DNA of 32,960 bases from Candidatus Omnitrophica bacterium 4484_171 (GCA_002049895.1 MVCW01000003.1:1-32960), one strand, 5' to 3'. Shown: positions 1 to 10,871, counted from the stretch's first letter. Numbers and translations are program-made. The notes: generated by a model from the sequence alone, not told the origin.

Positions 1-45
1 CCCACTTCCTATCAGCTATTCTATATCTTTTCTTCCTATGAGCCG

Positions 46-111
46 CTTGTCCGCCGAAGCGTGCCGTCGCCAAAGTGGCTATGGTACGTCGGCGACTTTA
101 GCGAAAGCGGA
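46..111. repeat. Palindromic element (CYTGTCYGCCGAAGC family), apparently interrupted by a 36-nt hairpin insert
   Basis: 46-60 CTTGTCCGCCGAAGC matches 11604-11618 CCTGTCTGCCGAAGC at 13/15. 97-111 resembles 11619-11633 at 9/15. 61-96 is self-complementary. Confidence 0.55.
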
Positions 112-128
112 AGCTATAAGCTATATTT

Positions 129-242
129 CTATCCCTGTCTTTGTTTATGTTTAGGATTCGTGCATATAACCCTGATTCTGCCTTTACGTTTAATTATTTT
201 ACACTTATCGCAGATTTTCTTAACCGATGCTTTTACTTTCAT
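129..242 (-). CDS. rpmJ: 50S ribosomal protein L36 (Zn-binding type)
   Basis: Hand translation (absent from ORF track): [37 protein letters not shown]. Follows infA. Confidence 0.97.
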   Translation of the reverse strand: MKVKASVKKICDKCKIIKRKGRIRVICTNPKHKQRQG

Positions 243-246
243 ATTC

Positions 247-465
247 TTATTTGTACCTGTATGTAATTCTGCCCCGGGAAAGATCGTAAGGAGATATTTC
301 AAGCTTTACTTTATCTCCTGGCAAAATCCTTATAAAATGCATGCGCATCTTCCCGCTTACATGCGCAAGTACTACATGCCCGTTATCCAGCTTAACCCTA
401 AAGGTAGCGTTAGGCAACGATTCAACAATTTCTCCTTCCACCTCAATTAATTCTTCCTTAGCCAT
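247..465 (-). CDS. infA: Translation initiation factor IF-1
   Basis: [11 protein letters not shown]...LPNATFRV...[15 protein letters not shown]...GRITYR. Start moved to the ATG at 465 (72 aa). Confidence 0.97.
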   Translation of the reverse strand: MAKEELIEVEGEIVESLPNATFRVKLDNGHVVLAHVSGKMRMHFIRILPGDKVKLEISPYDLSRGRITYRYK

Positions 466-556
466 ACTGACTGCGTGTATCAAGAAACATTACAAACGTT
501 ATTACTGCAATCACGCTCTTTTCGGTTATGCACAAAAACGAGAAAAAACAAAAATA

Positions 557-1300
557 TTAAGCAATAACAAACGGCCCTTTTTTTGTAATTGCAACTGTAT
601 GTTCAAAATGACAGCTTAAGGAACCATCTTTAGTCCTCACAGTCCATCCATCATTTAAAACTTCAACATCATAGCTGCCCGCCGAGACCATAGGCTCTAT
701 AGCTATTGCCATACCTTCCTTGAGAAGAGCGCCCTCTCCTTTTTCTCCGAAATTGGGAACCTCGGGATAACAATGCAGATCTTTGCCGACACCATGTCCG
801 ACAAACTTTCGTACTACGGAAAATCCGTTGCTCTCTACAACTTTCTGTACAGCAAACCCTATGTCTCCTGTCGTATTGCCGGGACGGGCTTCTTTTATCC
901 CCTTCATCAAAGCCTGCATGCAAACCTTCGCCAACTTCTTCTTAAGGTAGTCTACCCTCCCTACCAAATATGTATATGCACAATCAACAAAAAGACCGTT
1001 GTTTTTAATGCCCAAATCAACACTGACTACGTCGCCGTCTTTTATTATCTTTTTCGCATCGGGAATACCATGTATTATTTCTTCGTTAACTGATACACAT
1101 AAAGAACCAGGATATCCGCTATAACCAAGAAAAGCGCTCTCCACCTTATACCTCCCTAAATAATCATTGAAACTGTTCTCTATGTCTTTAGTGGCCATAC
1201 CGGCTCTTATTATTCTTTTTAGTTTTTGCAAGAATATGTGCGCTAATTTCCCTATCTTCTTCATTTCTATAATATCCTTACTGCTTAAGATATTTTCCAT
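557..1300 (-). CDS. map: Methionine aminopeptidase type I
   Basis: SVNEEIIHGIP, VDLG, GHGVG, IEPM and HFEHTV metal-ligand motifs. Follows adk. Confidence 0.96.
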   Translation of the reverse strand: MENILSSKDIIEMKKIGKLAHIFLQKLKRIIRAGMATKDIENSFNDYLGRYKVESAFLGYSGYPGSLCVSVNEEIIHGIPDAKKIIKDGDVVSVDLGIKNNGLFVDCAYTYLVGRVDYLKKKLAKVCMQALMKGIKEARPGNTTGDIGFAVQKVVESNGFSVVRKFVGHGVGKDLHCYPEVPNFGEKGEGALLKEGMAIAIEPMVSAGSYDVEVLNDGWTVRTKDGSLSCHFEHTVAITKKGPFVIA

Positions 1301-1928
1301 CTTGAATTACTTTCTCTATCTCACTAAACACCTTATCTTTGTCATTTCTTGCATCAATACTTATAAGTATATTCTTATCCCTATAGAAACCAAGAAGCGG
1401 CTTGCTTTCCTTAAAAAATACGTTAATGCGCTCTTTAATAACCTCGGGATTATCATCTTTTCTCTGAACAAGTTCTGCGCCGCACAAATCACAAACACCT
1501 TCCTTCCTTGGGGGCATATTAATAAGGTGGTAATTTGCCCCGCACTTTGGGCAAACTCTCCGCATCTGAAGCCTTTTTATAATTGTCTGAGAGTCTACGT
1601 CAAGATACAACGCTATATCCAAAGCCGTATTCTTCTTTGAGAGTATATTATCCAAATACACAGCCTGGTCTAAATTCCGGGGATATCCATCAAGGATAAA
1701 ACTTTCGCCGCCGATATTTTCTTCGATGACTTTAGCGACAACATCATCGGGAACAAGCACGCCCCTCTCCATATAACCTTTAACGGTATTGCCTAAAGAA
1801 GAACTCTTTTTTACCTCTTTCCTTAGTATATCCCCTAAGGAAATCTTATTAATGTTGTAACACTCAGACAATTCCTTTGCCTGAGTACCTTTACCGCTGC
1901 CCGGTGCGCCAAAAAGAATCATTTTCAT
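1278..1928 (-). CDS. adk: Adenylate kinase (Zn-lid type)
   Basis: GAPGSGKGTQA P-loop, LDGYPR, lid CPKC...CDLC, QRKDD. Confidence 0.97.
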   Translation of the reverse strand: MKMILFGAPGSGKGTQAKELSECYNINKISLGDILRKEVKKSSSLGNTVKGYMERGVLVPDDVVAKVIEENIGGESFILDGYPRNLDQAVYLDNILSKKNTALDIALYLDVDSQTIIKRLQMRRVCPKCGANYHLINMPPRKEGVCDLCGAELVQRKDDNPEVIKERINVFFKESKPLLGFYRDKNILISIDARNDKDKVFSEIEKVIQDGKYLKQ

Positions 1929-3280
1929 CTTCTTGCCCTCAAAGTCTTGCCTTTAACAAAACCATCATAATGACGTATAAGAAGCTGACCCTCAATCTGG
2001 CGCATAGTATCAAGTACAACCCCAACCATAATAAGAATTGTAGTTCCGCCAAAGAAAGATGCTATTCTATACGAAGGGATATTAAATAACCTTATAACCA
2101 TCGAAGGCATTATAGCTACTACCGCCACGTACAATGCACCGACAAACACTATCCTTGTAGCGACAAAATCTATATATTCGGCAGTATTCTTGCCAGGCCT
2201 TCTCCCCGGTACAAAACCACCGTATTTCTTAAGATTATTAGAAACCTCGATGGGATTAAACACAATCGCAGTATAGAAATACATAAAGAATATTATCAGA
2301 CCAACGTATATTATGGTATACCAAAGACCTCCTGACTTAAAAACTACCTGCAAGAACCCCACAAAAGGAGACGTCTTCGGAAAGAAATTAGCAATCGTCG
2401 TAGGAAACAATAAAACACTTTGTGCAAAAATTATAGCAATTACCCCCGCCATATCAACCTTGATGGGCAAAAACGTGCTTTGACCACCATAAACGCGCCG
2501 CCCCACAACTCTACGTGCGTATTGAACAGGAATTCTCCTTTGAGCCTGGGTAAAGAATACAACCGCCGCAACAACTGCAAACCACATGGCAAAAAGAACA
2601 ATGAGAACCACAGTACTTATCTGCCTCTTAGAAGGGTCGAGCGGCGAATATAAGACCCATAAATAATACAGAGATGAAGGTATGCGTGATATTATGCTTG
2701 TAGCGATAATGAGAGAAATTCCGTTGCCTATGCCACGTTCTTGAATCTGTTCTCCCAGCCACATAATTGAGATAGTGCCGCAGGCAAGTGTAAATACTGT
2801 AATAAGCTCAAAAGCCAGCCCCGGATTTGGCACAATGATTGCTCCTCCGAAACTCGCCGGATTCTCAAGCCACTTAGCTAACATAAACCCCTGAAATAGA
2901 CATAAAAACAAAGTGGCGTAACGGGTATACTGATTTATCTTTTCATATCCCGCTCTTCCTTCACGAGCCATTTTCTCAAAAGCCGGCACCACCGCCGTAA
3001 GAAGCTGCATAATTATGGAAGCTGATATATAGGGCATAATCCCAAGAGCAAAGATGCTCAATCTTCTTAGGGCACCGCCCGTAAATAGATTTATCATCCC
3101 CAGGAAAGTCTGGCCATGAGCACGAGTAAGCTCTTCAAAATATCTTGACAGAGCCGCTGTATCTATACCGGGAGTAGGCACAAAAGAACCAATTCTATAA
3201 ACAACAAGCAGAGAAAGAGTAATTAATACTTTCTTTTTTAAATCCGGTACCTTGAAAATATTAGTTAACGACCTAACCAT
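1925..3280 (-). CDS. secY: Preprotein translocase subunit SecY
   Basis: [43 protein letters not shown]. Multiple hydrophobic segments. Confidence 0.97.
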   Translation of the reverse strand: MVRSLTNIFKVPDLKKKVLITLSLLVVYRIGSFVPTPGIDTAALSRYFEELTRAHGQTFLGMINLFTGGALRRLSIFALGIMPYISASIIMQLLTAVVPAFEKMAREGRAGYEKINQYTRYATLFLCLFQGFMLAKWLENPASFGGAIIVPNPGLAFELITVFTLACGTISIMWLGEQIQERGIGNGISLIIATSIISRIPSSLYYLWVLYSPLDPSKRQISTVVLIVLFAMWFAVVAAVVFFTQAQRRIPVQYARRVVGRRVYGGQSTFLPIKVDMAGVIAIIFAQSVLLFPTTIANFFPKTSPFVGFLQVVFKSGGLWYTIIYVGLIIFFMYFYTAIVFNPIEVSNNLKKYGGFVPGRRPGKNTAEYIDFVATRIVFVGALYVAVVAIMPSMVIRLFNIPSYRIASFFGGTTILIMVGVVLDTMRQIEGQLLIRHYDGFVKGKTLRARR

Positions 3281-3717
3281 TCCGCTTTCCCTCCGCTGTT
3301 TGTTATCAACTCTTCCGCTTTCTTCGAAAACTTATGCGCCTTAAAAGTAGCTTTAAAGCTTAACTTTCCCTGTAGCCTTGCTAAAACTTTTACCGGCTTC
3401 GACACATTATCTATTAAGTTTGCCTCCTTTAACTCCCTAGGTGTAATTTCTTTTTTATCTTTAAGGCGTTTCATAATGTCATCAAGGTTAACTATTTGAA
3501 AAGATACCGCGTGTTTAGAAGAGAATCCGCGCTTAGGAATTTTTCTAAGATAAGGGACATTGCCTCCTTCAAGGCCTATATAATGAGGACTTCCCTTCCT
3601 TTGTCCTGCTCCTTTATGCCCGCGGGTAGAAGTCTTTCCATGGCCGCTTCCCGAACCACGGCCAACCCTTTTCTTTTTCCTATTGCTTATCTTCGGACGT
3701 AGATCCTGTATTTGCAT
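3265..3717 (-). CDS. rplO: 50S ribosomal protein L15
   Basis: [32 protein letters not shown]. Confidence 0.96.
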   Translation of the reverse strand: MQIQDLRPKISNRKKKRVGRGSGSGHGKTSTRGHKGAGQRKGSPHYIGLEGGNVPYLRKIPKRGFSSKHAVSFQIVNLDDIMKRLKDKKEITPRELKEANLIDNVSKPVKVLARLQGKLSFKATFKAHKFSKKAEELITNSGGKAEWLGR

Positions 3718-4201
3718 CCTTTATCTCCTCAACGCCATCAATAAATTTGATACTTTCTAAACCGGAAAACGCAGCTTTAACGACATTAACGGGATTAGTA
3801 GATTTCTTTAAAATCTTCGTTAATATGTCTTTTATGCCTGCACATTCACATATAGCTCTTACTGAGCTTGATGCTATAACTCCCGTGCCCCTGCGAGCAG
3901 GCTTAAGAAAGATTTCAACTGCCCCAAATTTACCATGAACTTCATGGGGTATAGTAGTATCTCTCTTCTTAATATCAACAAGGCGTTTTTTCGCTCTTTT
4001 TATGCCTTTGCGTATAGCATCGGCAACCTCATTCGCCTTGCCAAGAGCAAAACCGGCCTTTGATAAACCATCCCCCACCACAACCAAAGCCGTAAACCCT
4101 AAATTCTTACCGCCTTTTGTCACCTTGGTAACACGGTTAATAAATATCACTTTCTCAATAAAAGACCCCTCACTAGTACGCCCCCTGTTCATAACGGCCA
4201 T
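3680..4201 (-). CDS. rpsE: 30S ribosomal protein S5
   Basis: [31 protein letters not shown]. Confidence 0.96.
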   Translation of the reverse strand: MAVMNRGRTSEGSFIEKVIFINRVTKVTKGGKNLGFTALVVVGDGLSKAGFALGKANEVADAIRKGIKRAKKRLVDIKKRDTTIPHEVHGKFGAVEIFLKPARRGTGVIASSSVRAICECAGIKDILTKILKKSTNPVNVVKAAFSGLESIKFIDGVEEIKDANTGSTSEDKQ

Positions 4202-4554
4202 CAGAATTTAAGCCCCCCTTCCTTTGCTCCATCAGCAAAAGATTTAACTCTGCCGTGATATTTATATCCGGCACGGTCGAAAGAAATCTTTTCTATACCA
4301 AGCTCTTTCGCCCTCCGGGCAAACATCTGCCCTACTATCTTAGCTGCATCTTTATTAGTTGATTTTACTTTCTTTTCTTTAAACTCTTTACTTAAAGTAG
4401 AAAACCCCGCGATAACCTTTTCGGACTCATCATCTATAAGCTGGGCATAAATATGTTTTTTACTTCTAAAGACCACTACCCTGGGTTTCTCAACGCTGCC
4501 TCTGACTTTTCCTATAATTCTTTTATGTCTCTTTTCTCTGCCTAAATGTTTCAT
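4201..4554 (-). CDS. rplR: 50S ribosomal protein L18
   Basis: [28 protein letters not shown]. Confidence 0.96.
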   Translation of the reverse strand: MKHLGREKRHKRIIGKVRGSVEKPRVVVFRSKKHIYAQLIDDESEKVIAGFSTLSKEFKEKKVKSTNKDAAKIVGQMFARRAKELGIEKISFDRAGYKYHGRVKSFADGAKEGGLKF

Positions 4555-4579
4555 TGTCTTATGTTTTTTAACAATATGA

Positions 4580-5119
4580 CTACTTAGCCATTGCCTTACC
4601 CAGCTTTTTCCTTACGAATTCAGAACTATAACGTATACCTTTGCCTTTATACGGCTCAGGAGGGTATATCTTCCTTATGTTTGCGGCAAACTGTCCTACC
4701 CTTGCTTTATCAATACCTTCTATAACTATCTTTGTTGCCAAAGGTAAAGAAACATTTATGCCTTCGGGTATGTTGATTTCAACAAGATGAGAGAATCCAA
4801 TATTTAAGACAATTGCCTTCCCTTTCATCTGAGCTTTATACCCTACTCCTATTATATCGAGCTCTTTTTTAAAACCCTCTGTTACTCCTTTAACCATATT
4901 ATTTATCAAAGCTCTCGTTGTTCCAAGAAGAGCCTTAGCAAGTTTTTCATCCGACTCAATCTCAACAACAATAGACTCGTTATCCTGGCGTACATTTACC
5001 AGCGAAGAAAAATCAAAGGACAGCTTGCCTTTGGGGCCTTCAACAGAAATATTTCTGTCTTTAATCACTGCCTTTACCCCTTGCGGTATATTAATTGGTT
5101 GTTTCCCTACTTTAGACAT
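4580..5119 (-). CDS. rplF: 50S ribosomal protein L6
   Basis: MSKVGKQPI, GPKGKL, GVGYKA, PPEPYKGKGIRY. Confidence 0.97.
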   Translation of the reverse strand: MSKVGKQPINIPQGVKAVIKDRNISVEGPKGKLSFDFSSLVNVRQDNESIVVEIESDEKLAKALLGTTRALINNMVKGVTEGFKKELDIIGVGYKAQMKGKAIVLNIGFSHLVEINIPEGINVSLPLATKIVIEGIDKARVGQFAANIRKIYPPEPYKGKGIRYSSEFVRKKLGKAMAK

Positions 5120-5123
5120 AGCA

Positions 5124-5519
5124 TCACCAAACGTAACAAATTACTTCTCCCCCTATACCCATTTTCTTCGTATCCACGCTGCTAAGAATACCTTTTGACG
5201 TTGAAATTATCGCAATTCCATACCCTGACAAAACGCTTGGAATATTGTCTTTATCTACATATACCCGTCTTCCTGAACGTGATACTTTTTTTAACTGGGT
5301 AATAGCATTCTTTTTGCCTTTATATTTAAGGTAAACCTTTATACTCTTTGTATTCCCGGAATCAAGAACCTTAAAATTATCAATATAGCTTTCCTTTTTC
5401 AAAATATCCACAATCCCGTTAAGAACTTTAGAATACGGAATAATAGCATCCTCTTTGTTGCTCCTTGAAGCATTCCTTATAATCGTCAGCGCATCAGCTA
5501 CCAAATCTGTTCTGCTCAT
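5124..5519 (-). CDS. rpsH: 30S ribosomal protein S8
   Basis: DALTIIRNA, GIAIISTSKG, GGEVICYVW. Confidence 0.97.
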   Translation of the reverse strand: MSRTDLVADALTIIRNASRSNKEDAIIPYSKVLNGIVDILKKESYIDNFKVLDSGNTKSIKVYLKYKGKKNAITQLKKVSRSGRRVYVDKDNIPSVLSGYGIAIISTSKGILSSVDTKKMGIGGEVICYVW

Positions 5520-5536
5520 TTTCCTCCTTTACGCTT

Positions 5537-5731
5537 TTACCAGCTTGCTTTCTTAACCCCCGGTATAAGACCCTGCCATGCAAGTTCACGGAAACATATC
5601 CGGCATAATTCGAAATCACGTATATATCCGCGCGGCCGCCCGCATATACGGCAGCGGTTCCTGTATCTTGTCTTATACTTAGGTTTTACTTTCTCTCTTT
5701 TCCACTTCTCAATTTTAGCTAAAGACGCCAT
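5537..5731 (-). CDS. rpsN: 30S ribosomal protein S14, short Zn-binding (type Z) form
   Basis: [11 protein letters not shown]...LCRICFRE...PGVKKASW. Start placed at ATG 5731, which has a GGAGG SD. The ORF-track start at 5797 lies inside rplE. Confidence 0.95.
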   Translation of the reverse strand: MASLAKIEKWKREKVKPKYKTRYRNRCRICGRPRGYIRDFELCRICFRELAWQGLIPGVKKASW

Positions 5732-5732
5732 A

Positions 5733-6302
5733 TTACCTCCTAAAAGGGAAACTAAACAGCACAAGAAGCTCTTTCGCTTCTTCATCAGTGCGCGCACTGG
5801 TATTAATCGTAATATTCATACCTTGAGTTTTTTCAATCTTATCTATATCAATCTCAGGAAATATGATCTGTTCCGTAAGCCCAAAAGTATAATTGCCCAT
5901 CCCATCAAAAGAAGAAGAAGAGAATCCTCTAAAATCTCTTATGCGCGGTATAGCAACCGAAATAAGCCTATCCAGAAATTCATACATACGATAACGTCTC
6001 AATGTAACACAACAGCCTATAGCCATCCCCTTTCTAATCTTAAAATTTGATATAGGTTTCCTTGCTCTTGTTATTTTAGGACGCTGTCCCGCAATCATAC
6101 TCAAATCACGGACAAATTTTTCTATAATTTTTATATCGCCTCCTGCAGACCCAATACCCATATTTATAACAATTTTAGAGAGCCGCGGAACAGCCAATAC
6201 ATTTTTATATCCGAATTTATCCCTCATCTTCGGAATAATTTCATTCCTGTATAAAGTCAAAAGCCTGGGAATATAATTATCTCTTATATCGGCTTGCCGC
6301 AT
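5733..6302 (-). CDS. rplE: 50S ribosomal protein L5
   Basis: [38 protein letters not shown]. Confidence 0.96.
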   Translation of the reverse strand: MRQADIRDNYIPRLLTLYRNEIIPKMRDKFGYKNVLAVPRLSKIVINMGIGSAGGDIKIIEKFVRDLSMIAGQRPKITRARKPISNFKIRKGMAIGCCVTLRRYRMYEFLDRLISVAIPRIRDFRGFSSSSFDGMGNYTFGLTEQIIFPEIDIDKIEKTQGMNITINTSARTDEEAKELLVLFSFPFRR

Positions 6303-6595
6303 TTCTTACATACCCTTATTTTTGATTTATCTTCCAAAATCCTTGTAATAAATTTAGTCTGATTATTGCAATTAGGACAAAAAAGGCTGACATTGGATAT
6401 ATGAACCGAAGCCGGAATTTCTCTTATCCCGCCCGGTTCTGCTTCGGAACGCTTACGCATATGCTTCTTTACGATATTGGCCCCTTCAACAACAACTCTC
6501 TTCTTAGAAACAATAACTCTAAGAACTTTGCCTATTTTACCTTTATCCTTACCCGATAGTATTTTTACTCTGTCGCCTTTTCTTATTCTAAACAT
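6284..6595 (-). CDS. rplX: 50S ribosomal protein L24
   Basis: KGDRVKILSGKDKGK KOW motif, HISNV. C-terminal CPNC...CKKC. Confidence 0.96.
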   Translation of the reverse strand: MFRIRKGDRVKILSGKDKGKIGKVLRVIVSKKRVVVEGANIVKKHMRKRSEAEPGGIREIPASVHISNVSLFCPNCNNQTKFITRILEDKSKIRVCKKCGKPI

Positions 6596-6963
6596 TATAT
6601 TACCTCAGGAGCTAAAGAAATTATTTTGCTAAAGCCTTCCCTCAATTCCCGCGCTACCGGACCGAAAACTCTTGTCCCTCTGGGATTACCTTGTTTATCA
6701 ATAATTACACAAGCATTTCTATCAAATTTTACAAATACGCCGTCTCTTCTTCTTATGGGATGTGCTGTTCTCACTACTACCGCCCTCACAACCTCTCCTT
6801 TCTTTACCTGCGTTTCTCCGCTAGATGCCTCTTTGACATTGCAGGTAACGACGTCTCCTATATTAGCCTGTTTTTTATTCTTCTTGCCGATAACGCCAAT
6901 GCAAGATACCTTCTTTGCTCCTGTATTGTCAGCGACGTCCAATATGCTACGTATATAAATCAT
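6595..6963 (-). CDS. rplN: 50S ribosomal protein L14
   Basis: [29 protein letters not shown]. Confidence 0.97.
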   Translation of the reverse strand: MIYIRSILDVADNTGAKKVSCIGVIGKKNKKQANIGDVVTCNVKEASSGETQVKKGEVVRAVVVRTAHPIRRRDGVFVKFDRNACVIIDKQGNPRGTRVFGPVARELREGFSKIISLAPEVI

Positions 6964-7214
6964 TTCACCACCTCTATAAGGCGGAATCTCTTCCCCTTAG
7001 AATAAGGTCTGCAACTTGTAATCTTAACTCTGTCACCCTGTTTTGCGCTGTTTTTCTCATCGTGTGCCTTAAATCTTTTCCTCTTTACAACAGCCTTATT
7101 ATATATAGGATGTAAGAATTTTCTTTTCACTTCAACAACAATTGTCTTATCCATTTTTGCCGACGTAACAATTCCTTCCAAAATTCCTGCCCTGACTTTA
7201 CCCTTTTCACCCAT
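6960..7214 (-). CDS. rpsQ: 30S ribosomal protein S17
   Basis: [25 protein letters not shown]. Confidence 0.96.
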   Translation of the reverse strand: MGEKGKVRAGILEGIVTSAKMDKTIVVEVKRKFLHPIYNKAVVKRKRFKAHDEKNSAKQGDRVKITSCRPYSKGKRFRLIEVVK

Positions 7215-7398
7215 TTGTTTTCTCCCTCAATAAAGTAAGAATTCTTGCGATATTTCTCTTTGTTGTCTTAAAAAGATGCGGCTTCTCGACATGAGATATT
7301 TTTCTCTGGAAACTTAATTCCATAAGTCTCTTTCTTAAATCCTGAAGCTTAGCTCTAAGCTCTTCTACGCTTAAATCATTGTATTCTTTATTTTTCAT
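7207..7398 (-). CDS. rpmC: 50S ribosomal protein L29
   Basis: 63 aa, LSVEEL...[13 protein letters not shown]. Lies between rplP and rpsQ. Confidence 0.93.
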   Translation of the reverse strand: MKNKEYNDLSVEELRAKLQDLRKRLMELSFQRKISHVEKPHLFKTTKRNIARILTLLREKTNG

Positions 7399-7805
7399 CT
7401 TCTTCTGGTTACAAACCTGGTTTTAAAAGGGAGCTTATATGCTACTAAACGAAAGGAATCTCTGGCAAATTCTTCAGAAACTCCGCCCATTTCAAAAATC
7501 ATTGCTCCTCTTCTTATAACAGCCGCCCACCCTTCTACCTCGCCTTTACCCTTACCTAATCTTGCCTCCGCGGGCTTTTTTGTTATAGGCTTATCGGGAA
7601 AAACCCTTATCCAGAGTTTCCCCCCCCTGCGCAGCCTCCGGGTAAGAATAATCCTTGCTGCTTCGATCTGGTTATTTTTAAGCCATGCATCCCCGAGAGC
7701 CTTTAATCCGAACTCTCCAAAACTAACATCGGAGCCGCTTACGGCAATGCCTTTTCTTCTGCCACGCTGAGACTTTTTATATTTTACTCTTTTAGGTAAA
7801 AGCAT
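7395..7805 (-). CDS. rplP: 50S ribosomal protein L16
   Basis: [31 protein letters not shown]. Confidence 0.97.
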   Translation of the reverse strand: MLLPKRVKYKKSQRGRRKGIAVSGSDVSFGEFGLKALGDAWLKNNQIEAARIILTRRLRRGGKLWIRVFPDKPITKKPAEARLGKGKGEVEGWAAVIRRGAMIFEMGGVSEEFARDSFRLVAYKLPFKTRFVTRRR

Positions 7806-8381
7806 TTATCTTCTCCCTGCATTCTTTTCTTCTTTGGCCAGATAACTGCCTATATATTTTATGCCTTTATATACCCATGCTTTTACACCAATTGTTCCAT
7901 ACGTAGTCTTGGCTACACTAAAACCATAATCTATATCGGCCCTGAAAGTCTGCAACGGTATCTTGCCATATTTATAACTTTCACTCCTTGCAATCTCAAC
8001 ACCGCCTAACCTTCCCGAAGCCCTTACCTTTACGCCCTCGCATCCTAAATTCACCGCTTGCTGTATTGCCTTTTTCATAGCACGCCTGAAATTAACACGT
8101 TTAAGAATCTGAAAAGAGATTAATTCTGCTATAAGCTGCGCTTCCGTAGCAGGTTCCAAAACCTCTTCCACATCTATAATAACTTCCTTTTTTACTAGGT
8201 TCATAAGTTCGGACTTAAGACGCTCAATATCTTTTCCGCCTCTTCCTATAATTACACCCGGGCGTGATGTTCTTATGCGTATTCTTATAAGTGTAGGAGA
8301 CACTTTTTCGGAAAACCAGCGTGATTGCCAATCTTTGCCAAATCCTATTCTCAAAATATACGGATGAACTTTCTGCCCCAT
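7806..8381 (-). CDS. rpsC: 30S ribosomal protein S3, with an apparent in-frame internal deletion in the KH domain
   Basis: MGQKVHP, RPGVIIGRGG, SGRLGG, PLQTFRADIDY, GTIGVKAW. The segment normally between WF and the next beta strand is missing. Confidence 0.93.
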   Translation of the reverse strand: MGQKVHPYILRIGFGKDWQSRWFSEKVSPTLIRIRIRTSRPGVIIGRGGKDIERLKSELMNLVKKEVIIDVEEVLEPATEAQLIAELISFQILKRVNFRRAMKKAIQQAVNLGCEGVKVRASGRLGGVEIARSESYKYGKIPLQTFRADIDYGFSVAKTTYGTIGVKAWVYKGIKYIGSYLAKEEKNAGRR

Positions 8382-8382
8382 A

Positions 8383-8745
8383 TCACCTGCCTTTATTTGT
8401 TTTACTCAGAGTCTCCTCTTTAGTATCAAGCTCTACTAAAACATGAGAAGTCCTTTTTCTTATAGTAGTTGCCCTCCCAAAGGAAGCCGCGCGGTATCTT
8501 TTCAATACCGGTCCCGGGTCCGCCGTAACTTTTGATATAAAGAGTTTGTCCTCCTTAAAACCTCTGTTTTTAGCATTGGCTATTGCCGAATGCAATACTT
8601 TCTCTAAGTAAACTGCGCCCTTTTTATTCATAGATTTAAGAACAGCCAAAGCTTTCTCCGTGCTCATTCCTTTAAGTAAAACTGTTACAAGCCTTATTTT
8701 CTGAGGAGAAATTCTTAAATATTTAGCTTTTGCTTTTGCTATCAT
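8383..8745 (-). CDS. rplV: 50S ribosomal protein L22
   Basis: RISPQKIRLV, SAIANA, GRATTIRKRTSH. Confidence 0.96.
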   Translation of the reverse strand: MIAKAKAKYLRISPQKIRLVTVLLKGMSTEKALAVLKSMNKKGAVYLEKVLHSAIANAKNRGFKEDKLFISKVTADPGPVLKRYRAASFGRATTIRKRTSHVLVELDTKEETLSKTNKGR

Positions 8746-8817
8746 AGTTCTGGATTATTGCTGCCGCCAAACAGCTCATAAATATACTTCAATAAAAAAG
8801 GCTGACAGAGCACCTGA

Positions 8818-9105
8818 CTACTTCTTTTGCAGCGCTTTCTTCGCCTTTATACCGCCATGCTGGCGAAACGTCCTTGTCGGGGCGAATTCACCAAGCCTGT
8901 GCCCAACCATGGATTCCGTAACAAAAACAGGAACGTGTTTCTTGCCGTCATGTACGGCAATCGTTAAACCAACAAATTCAGGCATAACCATACTTGCCCT
9001 GGACCACGTTTTTATAGGAGTTCTTGCGCCGCTAGCCTTGGCTTTATTAACCTTTTTTAATAGCTTTTCAGATACAAACGGACCTTTTTTTAACGACCTG
9101 CTCAT
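8818..9105 (-). CDS. rpsS: 30S ribosomal protein S19
   Basis: [28 protein letters not shown]. Confidence 0.97.
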   Translation of the reverse strand: MSRSLKKGPFVSEKLLKKVNKAKASGARTPIKTWSRASMVMPEFVGLTIAVHDGKKHVPVFVTESMVGHRLGEFAPTRTFRQHGGIKAKKALQKK

Positions 9106-9107
9106 AA

Positions 9108-9950
9108 TTATCTCTTTTTACCTCTCCTCTTTACAATATATTTATTGCTTTTATTCCTGGCTCTCCTTGTTTTCCCGCCTTTTGTAGTCTTGCCCCAAGG
9201 TGTAACAGGATGAGGATTTCCTTGTCCGGCTCTTCCTTCTCCTCCTCCATGAGGATGGTCCACAGGATTCATCGCTACACCTCTTACCTTAGGCCTTCTC
9301 CCTAACCAGCGAACTCTGCCGGCTTTTCCGTGTACTACTGAATTATGCTCAATATTGCCGACCTGCCCTACCGTAGCACGGCAATCCAATTTAACAAGAC
9401 GTATTTCTCCGGAAGGCATTTTTATCTGTCCGAAGCCCTTCTCCTTTGCCATAAGCTGAGTTCCACTGCCCGCACTCCTTATTAATTTAGCCCCCTTATA
9501 AGGCTCCAACTCAATATTGTGAATTATAGTGCCTAAAGGTATATGTTTTAACTTCATGGAATTACCTGGCTTTATATCTATTTGGGAATCCGAAGCACTA
9601 ACAACCTTGTCACCAACTTTTAACCCGGCAGGCCATATAATATATCTTCTTTCTTTGTCCGGGTATTCAACTAAAGCTATTCTGGCGCTTCTGTTTGGGT
9701 CATATTCTATTGCCAAAACCAATGCCTCTTCATCAAACCTGTCTCTTTTGAAATCTATAATCCTGTATCTTTTTTTATGCCCTCCGCCTCTTCTTCTTGA
9801 AGTTATACGTCCATAGTTATTGCGCCCGCCGGTTCTTTTTATAACGCCAGTCAAAGACTTCTCGGGATTACTCTTGGTAATCTCAGAGAAATCGGAAATT
9901 ACTTTGAAACGTAAACTTGATGTTGCCGGTCTGAATTTCTTTATACCCAT
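9108..9950 (-). CDS. rplB: 50S ribosomal protein L2
   Basis: [38 protein letters not shown]. Confidence 0.98.
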   Translation of the reverse strand: MGIKKFRPATSSLRFKVISDFSEITKSNPEKSLTGVIKRTGGRNNYGRITSRRRGGGHKKRYRIIDFKRDRFDEEALVLAIEYDPNRSARIALVEYPDKERRYIIWPAGLKVGDKVVSASDSQIDIKPGNSMKLKHIPLGTIIHNIELEPYKGAKLIRSAGSGTQLMAKEKGFGQIKMPSGEIRLVKLDCRATVGQVGNIEHNSVVHGKAGRVRWLGRRPKVRGVAMNPVDHPHGGGEGRAGQGNPHPVTPWGKTTKGGKTRRARNKSNKYIVKRRGKKR

Positions 9951-9954
9951 AGTT

Positions 9955-10245
9955 TTAAGTAATTTTTATCTGGTCACCTTCTTTTAAAGTAACGAAAGCT
10001 TTCTTCCAGGAAGATTTTCTGCCTTCCTGGCCCCAACGCAAACGTTTACTTTTGCCTTTCATATTGATAATGTTTATCGAGGTAACCTTAACTTTATATA
10101 CAGCCTCGATAGCTTTTTTTATCTCAATCTTATTACTCCTTTTCTCTACCCAGAAAGCATATTTATTTTGTGCGTTAAGCTTGGTAGCTTTTTCTGTCAC
10201 CAAAGGAGCCCTGATATGTTCATATACCCCTTTTAACTCAGCCAT
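9955..10245 (-). CDS. rplW: 50S ribosomal protein L23
   Basis: [25 protein letters not shown]. Confidence 0.96.
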   Translation of the reverse strand: MAELKGVYEHIRAPLVTEKATKLNAQNKYAFWVEKRSNKIEIKKAIEAVYKVKVTSINIINMKGKSKRLRWGQEGRKSSWKKAFVTLKEGDQIKIT

Positions 10246-10871
10246 TTGCTAATTCTCTCCTCTACTATTTTTATAGAATCCCTTGTGAAAATAAGTTTAC
10301 TGCAATTTAAAGCTGTGTAAGTATTGAGCTGTGCTGCTTTCTCAAGGCAAACACCGGCAATATTCCTCGATGCTAATTTAAGGTTATTATCTATCTTGCC
10401 CACGACAAGCGTTACCTTATGGTTTTTTAGCTTAAGTTTCCCCATGATCTCCGAGAAAACTCTTGTTTTGTAATTATCTAAAGATACTTTATCGATAAGA
10501 ACTATTTCTTCATCCCGAAACTTTGCATTAAGGGCGCTTTTTAAAGCAATAACCTTCATTCTCTGGGTTATTTTCTTGTTATAATCTCTGGGTTTTGGCC
10601 CAAAAGTTACACCTCCTCCATGCCAAAGAGGAGAACGCGTTGAACCAACCCGCGCACGGCCGGTTCCTTTCTGACGCCACGGTTTTCTTCCGCCCCCTCT
10701 GACTTCACCGCGTTTCTTAGAAGAAGCCAACCCTTTTCTTTGATTGGAAAGAAAAGTAACTACCGCCTGGTGCATCAAAGTCTCTGCTACTTTACCGTCA
10801 AAAATCTTCTCACTAAGCTCTATTTTATCTACTTTTTTACCATCTTGATTATATACATCCAAAACTTTCAT
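10233..10871 (-). CDS. rplD: 50S ribosomal protein L4
   Basis: GGGRKPWRQKGTGRARVGS, GGGVTFGPKPRDY. Confidence 0.97.
   Translation of the reverse strand: MKVLDVYNQDGKKVDKIELSEKIFDGKVAETLMHQAVVTFLSNQRKGLASSKKRGEVRGGGRKPWRQKGTGRARVGSTRSPLWHGGGVTFGPKPRDYNKKITQRMKVIALKSALNAKFRDEEIVLIDKVSLDNYKTRVFSEIMGKLKLKNHKVTLVVGKIDNNLKLASRNIAGVCLEKAAQLNTYTALNCSKLIFTRDSIKIVEERISKWLS

Noticed and set aside
5732-5797. N-terminal extension of S14
   Set aside because: It lies within rplE in another frame. A GGAGG SD supports ATG 5731.
8746-8817. 72-nt rpsS-rplV spacer as a regulatory RNA or as the source of the missing S3 peptide
   Set aside because: Only weak G-U-rich pairing. The three minus-strand frames do not resemble the missing S3 segment.
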